Below, piece after piece: positions 51,576 through 64,000 of a DNA stretch of 64,000 bases. The position numbers and the translations under genes were made by a program. Origin of the DNA: Lama glama (Eukaryota); assembly GCA_028534125.1 (NCBI GenBank), contig CM052832.1, forward strand, positions 15,874,001 through 15,938,000. Direction: 5' to 3'. The notes below the pieces were generated by a model, which was given only the letters and a program-made list of their open reading frames with translations, did no database searches and was not told the origin of the DNA. Positions within the stretch are counted from its first letter, which is position 1. Each line of letters begins with the position of its first letter.

Positions 51576-52679
51576 ATTCCTTTGCTTTGAATTATCTAAG
51601 GGCACAGGTTCACAATGGAGCAGAAGGAACATTTTCATGGCATAGAATGAGCGGGAGGAGAGAAACAGAAAGCTCTGTTCATTCTGACAGAATGTGCGTG
51701 TGTGTGAGGAGGGCCGTGGAGTAGCCTCCCTCCCTCCCTCCTGCTCTCCCGCCCTCCCTCCCTCCCTTCCTTTCTTCCTTCCTCCCTTCCTTCCTTTCGT
51801 CTTACTGTAAATGATATTGTATTTTTAATTTTGCTTCATTTCTTCATTGCCATATATAGAAATACAAATTGATTTTTTGATTGTTTTTGAAATCTGCAAT
51901 TTTGATGAACTCCCTTATTAGTTCCAGGAGGGTTTTTTGGGGGGAATTCCTTGGGATTTTTTATATAGACCATGATATCAAATGAGGATAGGTATAAATT
52001 TATTTCACTTATTTCTGATCTGCATGTGTTCTGACCACCTCCCATTCATCCTGTTGATGAAGAAGAACTCCCCAACCCTAACTAGTATGTGATGGGTGAA
52101 CACACAACACCCCAAATGGACAGATGAGATTGATAGCAATTTCTCACATATACTCACAGCCTGAGGGAGGAGGGCACTGCCCGTGTAGGGCAACACGGAG
52201 GTTGCCCTCAGAAACACAGTCAATAAGCAGGAGCTATGAGAGGCAGCCTTTGTAGTGACAAGAGAATGGGGTCCCCCCCGGACTTCACAGGAGGATGTTG
52301 TTATTTGAATAGTTCCATGTGCTGGCAGCGGCCTGAAACCTTAGACCAAGAATCAGGTCCAGTGCAGCTGTTCAGGCTGATAGGGGAAGTTGCTGCGTGG
52401 AGGAAAAAATCTGGTGAAAGCAGGGGAACTCATGGTTAGGACTTTGGGCCCTTTGAGGCTTGACGATTTCACAACAGCACAGATTTGAGATCGCGCAGTA
52501 AGGCAGGCCATTTGTTTCCCTTTCTTGTTTGAGTTTTCCGACTGGGGCTTCCAATACTGGGTTAACTGAAAGTAGGAAAAAAGGCATATGACCAGGGGGC
52601 TAGAATCATAAAATATTATTTGACAGAGCTCAACCTCTGCTCTTCACTTAAAAAAAAATCTAGTAATTAAAGAACTAGT

Positions 52680-53760
52680 ATTCAAAAGGAATTTTCTCAG
52701 TTTAAGAAAGTCTGCACACATCAAACTCAATGGTGAAAATATTTAACATTTTCTCCTTGACTCTATCTTGACTCTGTATCAGAAGTGGTAGACAAGAAAA
52801 AGTGGCAAGAAAAAGAAACAAAAGGTTTAAAGGTAGCAACGGAAGTAAAATGATTTACTATTGATGTGATCACGTACTTTGAAAATAGAAATAGTAGACT
52901 AGCTAATAGATTCAGTAAGTAAGTTTAACAGTATTGGGGGATGAAAGGGCAATATACAGAAAGCCAATTCTAGTCTGCTCTACCAGAAACAAAGAAAAAT
53001 CAAAACTAAGAAAATTATACCTTTCAGAGTAGCACCCTAAAATATTGAATATCTAAGAATAAATCTAGCAAGATATGAACAAGACTTGTATACTGAAAAC
53101 TACAGAACTACATAGAGAGAAATCAATGAACCTTCATAATTGATGAGCATGTGCAGATTAGAGATAGTAAGAGTAAATATTTCTAATGTCAGTTTTCTCC
53201 AAGTTAATCTACATTCAATTAAATTTTCATTGAAGATCAAGGCAAGGATTTTTGTTTGCTTGCTCGATCGTTTATTTTGCTTTGTATCTTCTGCTTTTTT
53301 TTTTTCTTGGTGTATATGTGTGTGAGAAGGCTTCAAAGTAAATTTAAAATTCATATGCAAATTTATGGTCTTAGAATCACCTAGGAAATTTTCAAAAATA
53401 AGAACAAAACTGGAAGAAAATTAGTACAAGATAACAAAAGCCTTATTCGTTTGCGCTGTGTGGTATTGGCTATATTAGTTAACATGCTGTGGTATATTAA
53501 TCTACATAGTGTGATATTAGCTGGAGTATACACAGGCAGGAAGATAGAATTAAACAGAAATTCTAGAATCAGATCCCCTCTCAAATAAAATGCTCTGGCC
53601 TATCGTGGCACCGCAGAGCCATAGGAGAAAGATAGTCTTTTCAATAAATGTTACCAGGTGGTTTGAAGGTCCCTTTGAGAAAATTTACTGTGACACTTAC
53701 TCTAATCATTAATAAAATCGATTTCAGACAGATTGAAAGTAGTTGGTAGAATTTAACATT
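52680..53760 (+). mobile_element. Old LINE-1 ORF2 remnant
   Basis: A-rich, with degenerate ORF2 phrases (ATCAAACTCAATGGTGAAA, GAATAAATCTAGCAAGATATGAACAAGACTTGTATACTGAAAAC, GATAGTCTTTTCAATAAATG). Confidence 0.7.
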
Positions 53761-53948
53761 GAAGCAAATTGGGACTTGAATTTCCTTTGAGGGATGAAAT
53801 TGTTATACTTTTAATTTTTTAAATCAGATGTGAGACTATACAGATTGTTAATTTTTTGAGGCCACTTTGGTAAATTGTATGGGGTAGATTAAAATGGGTA
53901 CAAAGTATTTGCCACTCACCTCATGAAGACACAGATTGTGTTTCCCAT

Positions 53949-54448
53949 NNNNNNNNNNNNNNNNNNNNNNNNNNNNNNNNNNNNNNNNNNNNNNNNNNNN
54001 NNNNNNNNNNNNNNNNNNNNNNNNNNNNNNNNNNNNNNNNNNNNNNNNNNNNNNNNNNNNNNNNNNNNNNNNNNNNNNNNNNNNNNNNNNNNNNNNNNNN
54101 NNNNNNNNNNNNNNNNNNNNNNNNNNNNNNNNNNNNNNNNNNNNNNNNNNNNNNNNNNNNNNNNNNNNNNNNNNNNNNNNNNNNNNNNNNNNNNNNNNNN
54201 NNNNNNNNNNNNNNNNNNNNNNNNNNNNNNNNNNNNNNNNNNNNNNNNNNNNNNNNNNNNNNNNNNNNNNNNNNNNNNNNNNNNNNNNNNNNNNNNNNNN
54301 NNNNNNNNNNNNNNNNNNNNNNNNNNNNNNNNNNNNNNNNNNNNNNNNNNNNNNNNNNNNNNNNNNNNNNNNNNNNNNNNNNNNNNNNNNNNNNNNNNNN
54401 NNNNNNNNNNNNNNNNNNNNNNNNNNNNNNNNNNNNNNNNNNNNNNNN
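53949..54448. other. Assembly gap (500 N, true size unknown)
   Basis: Run of 500 N between the DYA upstream L1 and intron 1 of the DRB-type gene. Confidence 1.
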
Positions 54449-54689
54449 TTAGATTGCATTCATCGGGGTTGTAAAATTAAAATGGAAATAGGTTTACTGA
54501 GTACTTATTATGTGACCAGCAGTAGGAAGAGTGCTAGATCCAATAAATTGGAGGAAGTTTCATTCATTTTGCATTTATTTGACAGATTTCACATTGTTTC
54601 ACACTATATGCAGGCTGTCATGGGCATGTGAGGAAGAACAAAAAGAAGTATTAAATGTGTTCTTCTCAAATTTTATTAGCAAGTTAGAC

Positions 54690-54812
54690 TAGGGTTGTCA
54701 GATCAAACACAGGACTCAGTTAAATTTGATTTCAGGTGAACAACAGTAATTTATCTGAAATACAAATTTAACTGGGAATCTTTTATTTTATTTACTGAAT
54801 CTGGCAACCTTA
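54690..54812. mobile_element. MER53-like palindromic MITE
   Basis: Terminal inverted repeats TAGGGTTGTCAGAT...ATCTGGCAACCTTA, with internal arms CAGTTAAATTTGATTTCAGGTGAA / TTATCTGAAATACAAATTTAACTG. Confidence 0.75.
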
Positions 54813-55508
54813 AATTGGGCACATGAGCTGGAGTAACAGCACTAACCCTAACCACACAAGCTACAGCAAAAAAGAACTTCACACGTTTTTTCAACTGTGT
54901 CACACATCGAGAAGGCACCTAGAGAACTGAATAGTAGGGTAGACCTTGTCTGGTCCAGAGTGCACACTCCTCTCTGTCATCAGTTCTAAGTGAGGGTCCC
55001 TATTCAGAGTCTGGGGACCTGCTCATTTCTTGCAAACTCTCTATATGAGAATGTCATGTTTTTCTTACTTTCTCTCCTTCTGAGGGGACTTGATGACAGA
55101 AATGGGAGTTCCATATCTGGCCAACGCTTGTAGTTTGATGCCTACTGGTATTATTGGGCGTAGGGGACAAAGTCAGCAAATGAACTAGTTGGAGCTTTGA
55201 ATAGGAATAAAAAGTCCATGGCTGTAGTTTACTACTACGGATAAGTAGTGGACCAGTGGCAGAGAAATTAAGAGAGAAGATGTGAAGGATAAATTATATG
55301 ACTTTTAATTGGTTGGAGAGGCAAAGTAATAAGGCTTGGTCCTGAGCAAATTTATTTTGCTGGAATAACAGCTCCACACCGGGGCCAGATTCTTAAAAAA
55401 TATAAATTTCACTGAACCCAGATTTTCAACAAATGTAATACCGGCGGCCGCGTGGGGCTGTGGGCTGCGGCGGGGCCGGGGCCTGACTGACGCGGTGACT
55501 CCCCGCAG

Positions 55509-58500
55509 AGAATTTCGTGCTCCAGCTTAAGGGCTACTGCTACTTCACCAACGGGACGGAGCGGGTGCGACTCGTGGTCAGACACGTCTACAACCAGGAG
55601 GAGTACGCGCGCTTCGACAGCGACTGGGGGGAGCAGGGCGGGGAGTACCGGCCGGTGACCGAGCTGGGGCGGCCGGACGCCGAGTACTGGAACAGCCAGA
55701 AGGACGTCCTGGAGCAGAGGCGGGCCGAGGTGGACACGTACTGCAGACACAACTACGGGGGTGTTGAGAGCTTCACGGTGCAGCGGCGAGGTGAGCGCGG
55801 CGGGGGGCGGCCAGGGGAGGGGACGGTGTGTGTGTGTGAGAGAGAGAGAGAGAAAGAGGGGGAGAGAGAGAGAGCGAGAGAGAACTGACAGTCCTAGGTG
55901 AGCGTAGGTTGTGAGTGAGTACAAGTGGGGGGGGGTCCTGTGAGAGTGCAGGGGAGACACTGGGATTTTGTCGGTGTGAGTGTGAGAGGGGAGAGTGTGT
56001 GTGATGGGGGTAGGGGCCGGGGTCTGAGAGGACCGTGAGGGAGAGGGTGGGGGGGAGAGGGCAGGGGGAAGGCTCCCGGCATTCTCAGCGCGCTGTGGGA
56101 GGAGGGGGAGGGGAAGGGGAGGAAACCCTGACGGGGAGGGTGGTTAGAGATGCAAGGCCTTCGGGGTGTCTGTGGTGGTTTAGGGGCGGGGGGTGGGGGA
56201 GGAATGTAAAAGGACTGAGGAGAAGAGTCACAACCGGCTCTTGGCACACAGCCCCTTCCTTCTGAAACCCCTGAGATTAGTGCGCCTGTGTTTGTTTTGA
56301 ACAAACAATTAATTGAAAATGAATGCACCAGACTACTTTTTGAGAGATGGGGGACCTCTAAGGCACCTCTGATCTCTGAGGCTTCTTTTAGGCCTGAATT
56401 TCTTAATTTTTTTTGTTTGTTTCTTGGCATATGTATTATTTTCATAGCTGAAATGATAGTGAAACCAGCTTTTGAATTGTAATTTTGCTACTTAACATAG
56501 CTGTGTTACTATTTTTATAGTGCCAATAGTACTACTACTATTTCTTTTTATAGTTTTAACAATTTACCTCACAATCTCCTTTATTGGATCTTTTTTTCAA
56601 AGATGTATAATGCCTAATACTTATAACTTACATCTTTTTAAAAAATTCCTATCTTTTTTATTTCTAAGGTTCTTGAACATTTTTCACATATTTATTGACA
56701 AATTATTGTTATTGCTGTCAGAACTGTCTATTGTCTATTACCTTTGGGGCTCTGGTGTTTTTCTTAGTGAATGCATGAGTTCTTGTACAGTAAAATTAAC
56801 ACTTTCCTGATACTTGATTCAACAACTCTCCAGTTTGTGGTTTCTATTTTTATTCAGTTCATTATTTTCCATTTTAGAAGTTTAAACATTTTAATTTAAT
56901 GAAACATATTGAAAACTGTTAGGAATGATTTACATTAAACTTAATTCTATCATTTTTATGATATTGTAAAAAATTTTTTTCCAAGTTTCTCCTTTTTAAA
57001 AAAATATGTATTTATTGAGGCTGGAGGTGTAAGAATTTTCTCAGGCACTAAGCACATATATTGAGTCCTAAATTCTTCCTTGAACTCAAATACTAGATTA
57101 AAAAGAGACAACTTAAAATGATATTAATTTCAATAATAGATATGTTTATTTTACAAAGGAGACAGATTAATCAGTGGAGTATAATTATAAGAATTTTAAA
57201 AAGTTAATGACTTTCCTTCCACATTTCCCTCTCCATCAAGAGTCATACTTTTCTTGAGATTCAACTCATAGAGTATGAGAATCAGTGTCTTTCCTGCTTC
57301 CCAGGATAGAACCGTTTCTGAGATATTCTAAGGTGTGAGTGCATGGAGACAGCTTTCCCAGGATTTCATCCTCTATCTCCACACGGACCCCACTGCTGCC
57401 CCCAATTTATACACACAGCTTTGAATCATATTTTCTCTCCAGTTAAACAAGGTTAACAGTTAAATAAGTAGCGAACATATATTGAATGTTAAATTCCTCT
57501 AATTGTTTTATATAGTTTAGGTGCATTAATCTTCACATAACACTAAGAGGTTAAGTTGATGTTATTATCCTTCTTTATAGGTGAGGAAGCTGAGGCACAG
57601 AGGAATGTGAATATTCTCCCAGGATCAGTCACTAAGAGGGAGAGCCTGGATTTAAACCCACACAGCCAGAAATCATGCTTTTAATTAATGCACTATGTGC
57701 CTTGGAAATATCTATAAACACTTCAGTTCAACAAGAGTAACTGTTTCACACTATGAAAAAAATTATGCAAAATTTCCCAACATATCTCAAATTTAATGGG
57801 CCCATTCTATAAGGATGAAATTAAAGGCTCATGGCACCAACTCCGCTTGGGCTACATGGCCAGTTTTGAGGGAGGCCTGCCTGGGACTGCAGTGTGGAAA
57901 CTGGAGACTAGATGCAGAAAGACAGCCAACCAAGGAGCCTTACTTTGTCTTCCTCACTATTCCGTCCACCTTTTCTCTCCTAGTGGAGCCCACGGTGACC
58001 GTGTATCCTGCGAAGCCCCAGCCCCTGCAGCACCACAGCCTCCTGGTCTGCTCCGTGATGGGCTTCTATCCAGGCCACATTGAAGTCAGGTGGTTCCGGA
58101 ATGGCCAGGAAGAGGAGGCTGGGGTGGTCTCCACAGGCCTGATCCCTAATGGAGACTGGACCTTCCAGACCATGGTGATGCTTGAAGTGGTTCCTCAGAG
58201 TGGGGAGGTCTACACCTGCCGAGTGGAGCACCCAAGCTGGATGCGCCCTGTCACAGTGGAATGGAGTGAGAAACTTTGTGACCTCATGCATTCCTCCCCC
58301 CGCCCCGTCCCGAGGAGGGACTTGCCTCCTCCTGAATGTCAGGTTCCTCCTCTCCCCACATCATGTGTTCATTTGCTCCACGTTCCCCTCTCCTTCAGCA
58401 CGGTTCCTGGGGGAGCCCTGTGATAGCCTGTGATAGAAATCCTCTGATAGTTTACAGATACCCTGGGATAGGTTCTACAAATACCTATGTGCCCTGGGGA

Positions 58501-59849
58501 GGCAGTTCTGCCTGACACGCAGGGAAGAGTTGTCTCTGTTTTGAGCTTTCCCATGATATTTTGGGTCATAGTCTTGTCTTCCACCTAGGGCTGGACTTGT
58601 ACTTCTGACACTGTTACTCTGAGTTCATTGTGATCTGAGAAGAGATACATCCTCTCCAATGTAGGGACCTTCCTGACATGAAGGGAGTCCAATCTCAGCT
58701 CTGCCTTTTTTTTTTAGCTCTGTCACCCTAGACAAACTATTTAACATTATTCAGTCTCAGACTCCTCATTCATCACATGTTAAAGTCATGTGTCCTTATG
58801 TCAGTGCTGCAATATTTAAGTGAATTCAGTGCCAGAACCGTGTAGCTTCTCTGTGTAATTTTTAAATCTCTTTTCCAGAAATGGTCAATCATTCTGTTTT
58901 TTCAAGTGCAGATTTCTCCCAATCTCAAAGCTCTTGATCACAGATTATCAATTAGGAAAGCTGGATTTGGGATAAAAATCACTAAAACTAACTTCTTTCC
59001 TCAGGGGCACAGTCTGAATCTGCTCAGAGCAAGATGCTGAGTGGAATTGGGGGCTTCGTTCTGGGTCTGCTCTTCCTTGGGGTGGGGCTGTTCATCTACT
59101 TCAGGAACCAGAAAGGTAAGGGGCCTGTTGGCAGCTGAGACTCCCTGTAGACTGTTCAGAGAGAAAAAAAAATGGTTTTGCTCAGTTAGTTCTCGATATA
59201 TCAGTGGTTTTGTCTAAAGCCTTTATTTCCCCAACTGACCTCAATTTCCTGGAGATCCTGAGGTAAATGCAGGAAGAGACACTAAGGCTGATGAAATGAC
59301 ACTGGATTTGTGTGACAGAAACTTCATGGGTCACATGCTCTCAGTGTTTGCCCTCATGTCTACCCTGGCACCATCATGTGATGTGGATGTGGTGTTAGAG
59401 AAATCTCAGGTGGGGGCCGGGGGCCTGGGGCTGGGGGCATTGTGTTTAGGGAGAATTTATTTCATTATATTTAAGTATGTATCTTCACTTCTCTTTCCCA
59501 GGACACTCTGGACTTCAACCTACAGGTAATGTTCTTCAATTCTTTTTTGGAGTCATATTCAGTTTCCCTAACACTGGTTGTAGAGGTGATGAGACAGGAG
59601 ACAGAAATAATGAGAAAGACTTTGGATCTGACCTCTGATCAAGCAGTTTACATTAAAATTTCTTCTTACCATTAAACAAACGGCCTGTGCTCTAAAGTAG
59701 CCTTGGCTCAGGACACTTAAGAATTATTCCCCCTTCTTATTGTAGTGTTTAAACATGAGTCCCTGAGAGAGGAGGGAAAAAAGTGCTACTTGTAGAGTTA
59801 CGCCTGGAAACAACACTGTCCTCTGTCTTCTGCAGGACTCCTGAGCTGA
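55509..59849 (+). CDS. MHC class II beta chain, DRB-type gene with DQB-like 5' half of exon 2; exons 2-6 (exon 1 not in visible sequence)
   Basis: Exons 55509-55790 (282 nt, beta-1), 57984-58265 (beta-2, [25 protein letters not shown]...), 59005-59115 (TM, ...LFIYFRNQK), 59502-59525 (GHSGLQPT), and 59836-59849 (GLLS*). The frame is open, with GT-AG sites, both disulfide Cys pairs and the NGT sequon. Exons 3-6 and the intron-2 (GT)n(GA)n repeat are DRB hallmarks. Confidence 0.9.
55826..55883. repeat. (GT)n(GA)m compound microsatellite at start of intron 2
   Basis: GTGTGTGTGTGTGAGAGAGAGAGAGAGAAAGAG... about 35 bp after the exon 2 donor. This position is characteristic of DRB genes. Confidence 0.9.
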
Positions 59850-62799
59850 AGTGAAGATGGTGACACTTAAGGAAGAACCTTCTGTCCCAGCTTCTTTGCA
59901 GCCTGTAATCAAGGTTTCCTGACTAGCTCTTATTCTTCCTCAAAGACAGTGCTTTCTCAGGCTCTGCTTTGCTCCTGGTTCAGTGACCCTGCAGAAAATG
60001 TCCTCCCTGAAGGCTTCCTCAGCCCCCAGCCTTGACCTAGGAATCCCCAATATTGATTGCAATACCTTATTTTCTTTCTTTCCTGGTCCCTTTAAAGGTT
60101 TCAACCTTTACTGCCTCTTGTGCATCTGATCTCATTCTGCCCACGTTACCTATAAAGTTTTTCTCAAGTAAATATGGAGTGAAAATCATCTGGTTTATAT
60201 AGTTTCAAGGAGAGAAGTAGGAAGAAAAAGGGACAAATTGCATCACAGAACTGGAACTGGAACTGGAAAGTTTCCTTCCTTCCTTCCCTGCTTTTCTCTT
60301 GGGCTTTCTGCATCCTGTCATAGGCGTATTTTCTGAGCAAGGAGAAAGCCCTAATGAACCCGTATCATGATGGTCTTTTACATCTTTGCATTTCAGAGAC
60401 ATGTTCCTTTACACCATGGGGTACAGAAATAAGACAACAAATATAAGAAATGTGGATACCTTGTGAGGATGTGATGCTTTCAATACTTTTATTTTGAGAA
60501 ATAAAGAGCAAATCATGCTGTTTTTTCTTTCTTTTTTTTTACCTTTTTTTTTTTCTAAAGGAATGTCTAAATCTGGGGACTTCTTGAACTATTCTTTTAT
60601 TAGGCTATAACACTTCAGTCATTTTTGTCTCTCAGATAAATGTCAGTGACATGCTGACTGTTTGGCTTAGCATGCATTCTCCTGCATAAATAGGTCTCAG
60701 AAGGCCATCAGGACAAACTACAAGTCTAGTCCGTAAGATGCATTTCGGAGCTCCTCCAGTTTCTGTCACAAGCTTACTCTCTGTCAGCCGGAAAATTTGT
60801 ATGTGTCTTACCTTAGCAGAAATAGGAAATAATGCTGGGAAACAAAGGAAATTATACAAATACAGTGATGTACATCCAAACAATGAAGTACTCTGCGGCT
60901 GGGGAAAAAAATATTCCGCTTGGAATAATCTCCCAATGCACTTTCAGTAGGTGCAGGAGAGTGTGTACAGTACACAACATTTGTTTAATAAAGTAGAGGA
61001 GGAGAATAGGAACATACAGCTACCCCATTCATTCAGTCTCTCTGTTTACGTATATTTGTAAATAGAAACAATAGAAGGTTTTTTTTTTAATTGTTGCCTT
61101 TAGGGCAAAATGAGGGAATATGTTCAAGGGGATAGAGATTAAAGCTGGACTTTTCTGAATATATCGTATTTATCAGTTTTAACTTGAGGTGCATTTATAT
61201 ATTTTTATGTAATTTAAAAATTAAATCAAAAGTTTAAAAGATAATACACAAAAACTAAAAACAAACTAATGAGTGAGACAAACTTGACAAAAAGTGTATG
61301 ATAGGAAATAAGCTAGAAAAGTAAATCAAACTTTTTTTTAAGCTTGCATAGAACATTGCAGAAGTATAATTCTAAATCAGTATATAATTCTAAATGCCAT
61401 AGACTTCAATAATACAGAGGAGTTGCATTGGTTCAGAGAGAGGTAACTAGTTGGTTAAGAAGATGGTTCTGCTATTGTATTCCATCTGGAGAGTCAGCTT
61501 GAATTGTAAATCAAATCTAAAGAGTAGTTCAGAAGTTTATTTTAAAATAGTAGTAATTTGAATACAATTTCTTCAGTGTCTGAAACAACCATTATTTAAT
61601 TCCAAGCAAACTCAAAGATTATTTTATGCATATGTTAATTGTGTTTTATTTGCGGAAGCAGGTTATCATCCTGTAGGAGTTTGATAAGCTGATAGTCTAC
61701 AGTATGCATACTTCAGATAAATTCTGTTTGATCCCAGGATTGCAGCCTTACTCTCATGTGGTTTGCAGCCTTACTCTCTTTGAGACCTGTGATCTGAGAT
61801 TATAAGGTAGATTTAAAGTGAATGGTATGAATATTTAAGTGAGTTTGAATATTTGAATATTCTACTAGTAGCAGAAAATCCAATTTAATTGCCTTTTTTT
61901 TCTTTTAACTTATTATCTTACACAGAACCACGTTAAGGAACCTCCAGAGTGGGTTAACTTATCAGGCAGTGTCATCACCAATGATCTTAATGGCAGAGAA
62001 AGAGAACTGTTTCTTTTCAAGTGCTTTAATAAGGAGCAACTAAACTTTTCCCAGAGTGTTTTCAGTAGCTCACTTCCCCACACATTAGTCAGACTGTGAG
62101 ATTACAATGGTATCTCAACAAACTTTTGTTCACCCTGCTTCCCCTGAGGCACATGGAAAGAAAGGGAGCAAAATCATCTTTTTTAGAGCAAAAGAAATGA
62201 TATATTGGGGAGGAGAGGGTGATTTTAGGGAAGGGAAACTATAGTATCTGGTACTATGAGACTTTTTTTTTTTTTTGTAGTTTCCTCAGGGAAGATGATA
62301 GATTCTTGATGTGCAACATTAATCCAAGGTGGGTTTTTTATTATTTGCATTAAATATTAAATGCTAACCATAGCCTCCCCCTTCCTCCCCTCAAAGAACA
62401 AGGAAGCAGGAGAATTATTTGTTTGTTTCTAGAACTTAGTACACTGATTCATAATTTTATGACAAAAAATATATTATCCAGGGAAATATTTGAAAAAAGA
62501 TACATAATGAGGAATGACTAGCTTTACAAAATAGTGAAATCTATTATACATCTATTTTAATAAGCACTTTTTTGTGTGCATGGATTATCAGTTATGCACA
62601 GCAGTGAAACAGAGTCCAAAATTAGATTCCTAAAAGATTGAGGTTTAGTTTAACACAGAGTTTCAAGTTGTTAATAAGATTTCCCCCAAATTCATTTCTT
62701 TCAACAAAATGGATTTCTGATGAATAAAAATGGAAATATAAAAACAGTATAAAATTAGTTAATTAGGGGTTAATAAGATTTCCATTACTACCATCATCA

Positions 62800-63960
62800 T
62801 TGTTGTAATTACGTTGGAAGATAAAAAGCATTCTAACCCTGATGCACTGCTGACGGGAGTGTATCATATTACAACTACTCTGCAAAACAGGCTGTTTCTT
62901 AAAAAGTTAAACATACATTTACCATATGATCCAGCAAGTTTTTTTCCTTGAAATCTACCCAAGAGAAATGAAAATATATGGCCTCCCAAATACATAGTGC
63001 AAATGTTCGTAGCAGTATAGTCATAATAATAAAAATTGGAAAAAATCCGAATATCTATCAGTCAATGAATGAATAAACAAAATGTGCCCTGTCTATACAA
63101 TGGAATACTATTGAGCAAGAAAAAAGAACACCTGAAACACGTTTAAAAGAATGATGAACCATGCTACCAAAATATAATTAGTATTATATAGTGAAAGAGG
63201 CCAGGCACAAAAGCCTACATGTCATATGGTTCCATTTACAAGAAATATCTAGAAAAGACAATTTTGTAGACAGAAAGCAAATCAGTGGTGTCCAGAGCTT
63301 GGGATGGGGGTGGGAATTTTTTGAGGTGATGAAAATATTCTAAAACTAGATTACACTGATATTTAGACACATCAATAAGTTACTGAAATTATTGAATTTT
63401 ACATGTATGAAGAGAGAATTTTGTGCTATGTAAATTATATCTCAATAAACCTGTTAAAACAATATTTTAAAAACAAATTTCTCCAAGCAAGACAAAATCT
63501 AGAAGATATGAAGTAAAAAATATATTTGAATAAAAATTTATAGTTTTACATGAAGAAAATAACAAAATTAAAAGAAATATCTAGAGCTCGGGAAAAATAA
63601 TTACAACACATGGCAGACACTGGGTCTTCTCATATAAAATTTCTAACAAGTCAGTAAATAAATGAACAAAAATCCAATAGAAAACTAGGTGAAGGATACA
63701 GACTATTAACAGAAGAGAATATTCCAATAGTCTGTAAATATGAAATATTTATTTAAACTCACCAATAATAAGAAAAATGCAAATTCAAACAACAGTGTGA
63801 TGAAGTATTTCTTCCTTCTCACTGGCAAATACAATAGCTTATTTTATAAATCATGGATTTAGAAGATTCACTAGAATTGTGACCGGGTGGCATCTTGGCA
63901 GTATCTTTTATGATTAGAAATGCAAATACTATTTGATTAACAACAACAAAAATACGCGTT
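62800..63960 (+). mobile_element. LINE-1 3' region fragments
   Basis: TTACCATATGATCCAGCAA...CCAAGAGAAATGAAAA...ATGAATGAATAAACAAAATGTG...ATACAATGGAATACTA...GTAAATTATATCTCAATAAA, followed by a further A-rich L1 piece. Confidence 0.8.
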
Positions 63961-64000
63961 TACATTTATATCTTAAAAACCATTCAACATGAGCCCCAAG

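Noticed and set aside
36007..54631. ORFs consisting mostly of X (36007-36648, 53848-54631)
   Set aside because: Artefacts of translating N runs.
61740..61778. 16-bp direct repeat TTGCAGCCTTACTCTC, and a similar short duplication at about 49549-49576
   Set aside because: Two-copy local slippage duplications with no array structure. Not CRISPR-like, and this is eukaryotic DNA.

Overview
Mammalian genomic DNA from the MHC class II region, probably a camelid. That call is an inference: three short tRNA-derived SINE copies look camelid-type, and I saw no ruminant Bov-A/BovB or pig PRE-1 elements. Order: about 15 kb of repeat-rich intergenic DNA; complete PSMB9 (-, 219 aa); a bidirectional IFN-inducible promoter; complete TAP1 (+, 746 aa); complete PSMB8 (+, 276 aa); the 5' part of TAP2 (+); a 500-N gap; the last three exons of a DQ/DY-type beta gene (probably DYB, +); an intact DYA-type alpha gene (-, 255 aa); a second 500-N gap; and exons 2-6 of a DRB-type beta gene (+). 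The most notable observations are these. (1) The DRB-type gene has a mosaic exon 2: a DQB-like acceptor and 5' half, a DRB-like 3' half, and a 12-bp in-frame insertion at the junction. (2) An intact DYA sits next to a DYB-like gene outside ruminants, and the DYA promoter Y box is mutated. (3) A NOPCHAP1/C12orf45 retro-fragment lies in DYA intron 2. (4) Both immunoproteasome subunits have Asp at mature position 28. Homology calls come from recalled sequences, not database searches. I found no evidence of a wholly new gene system.
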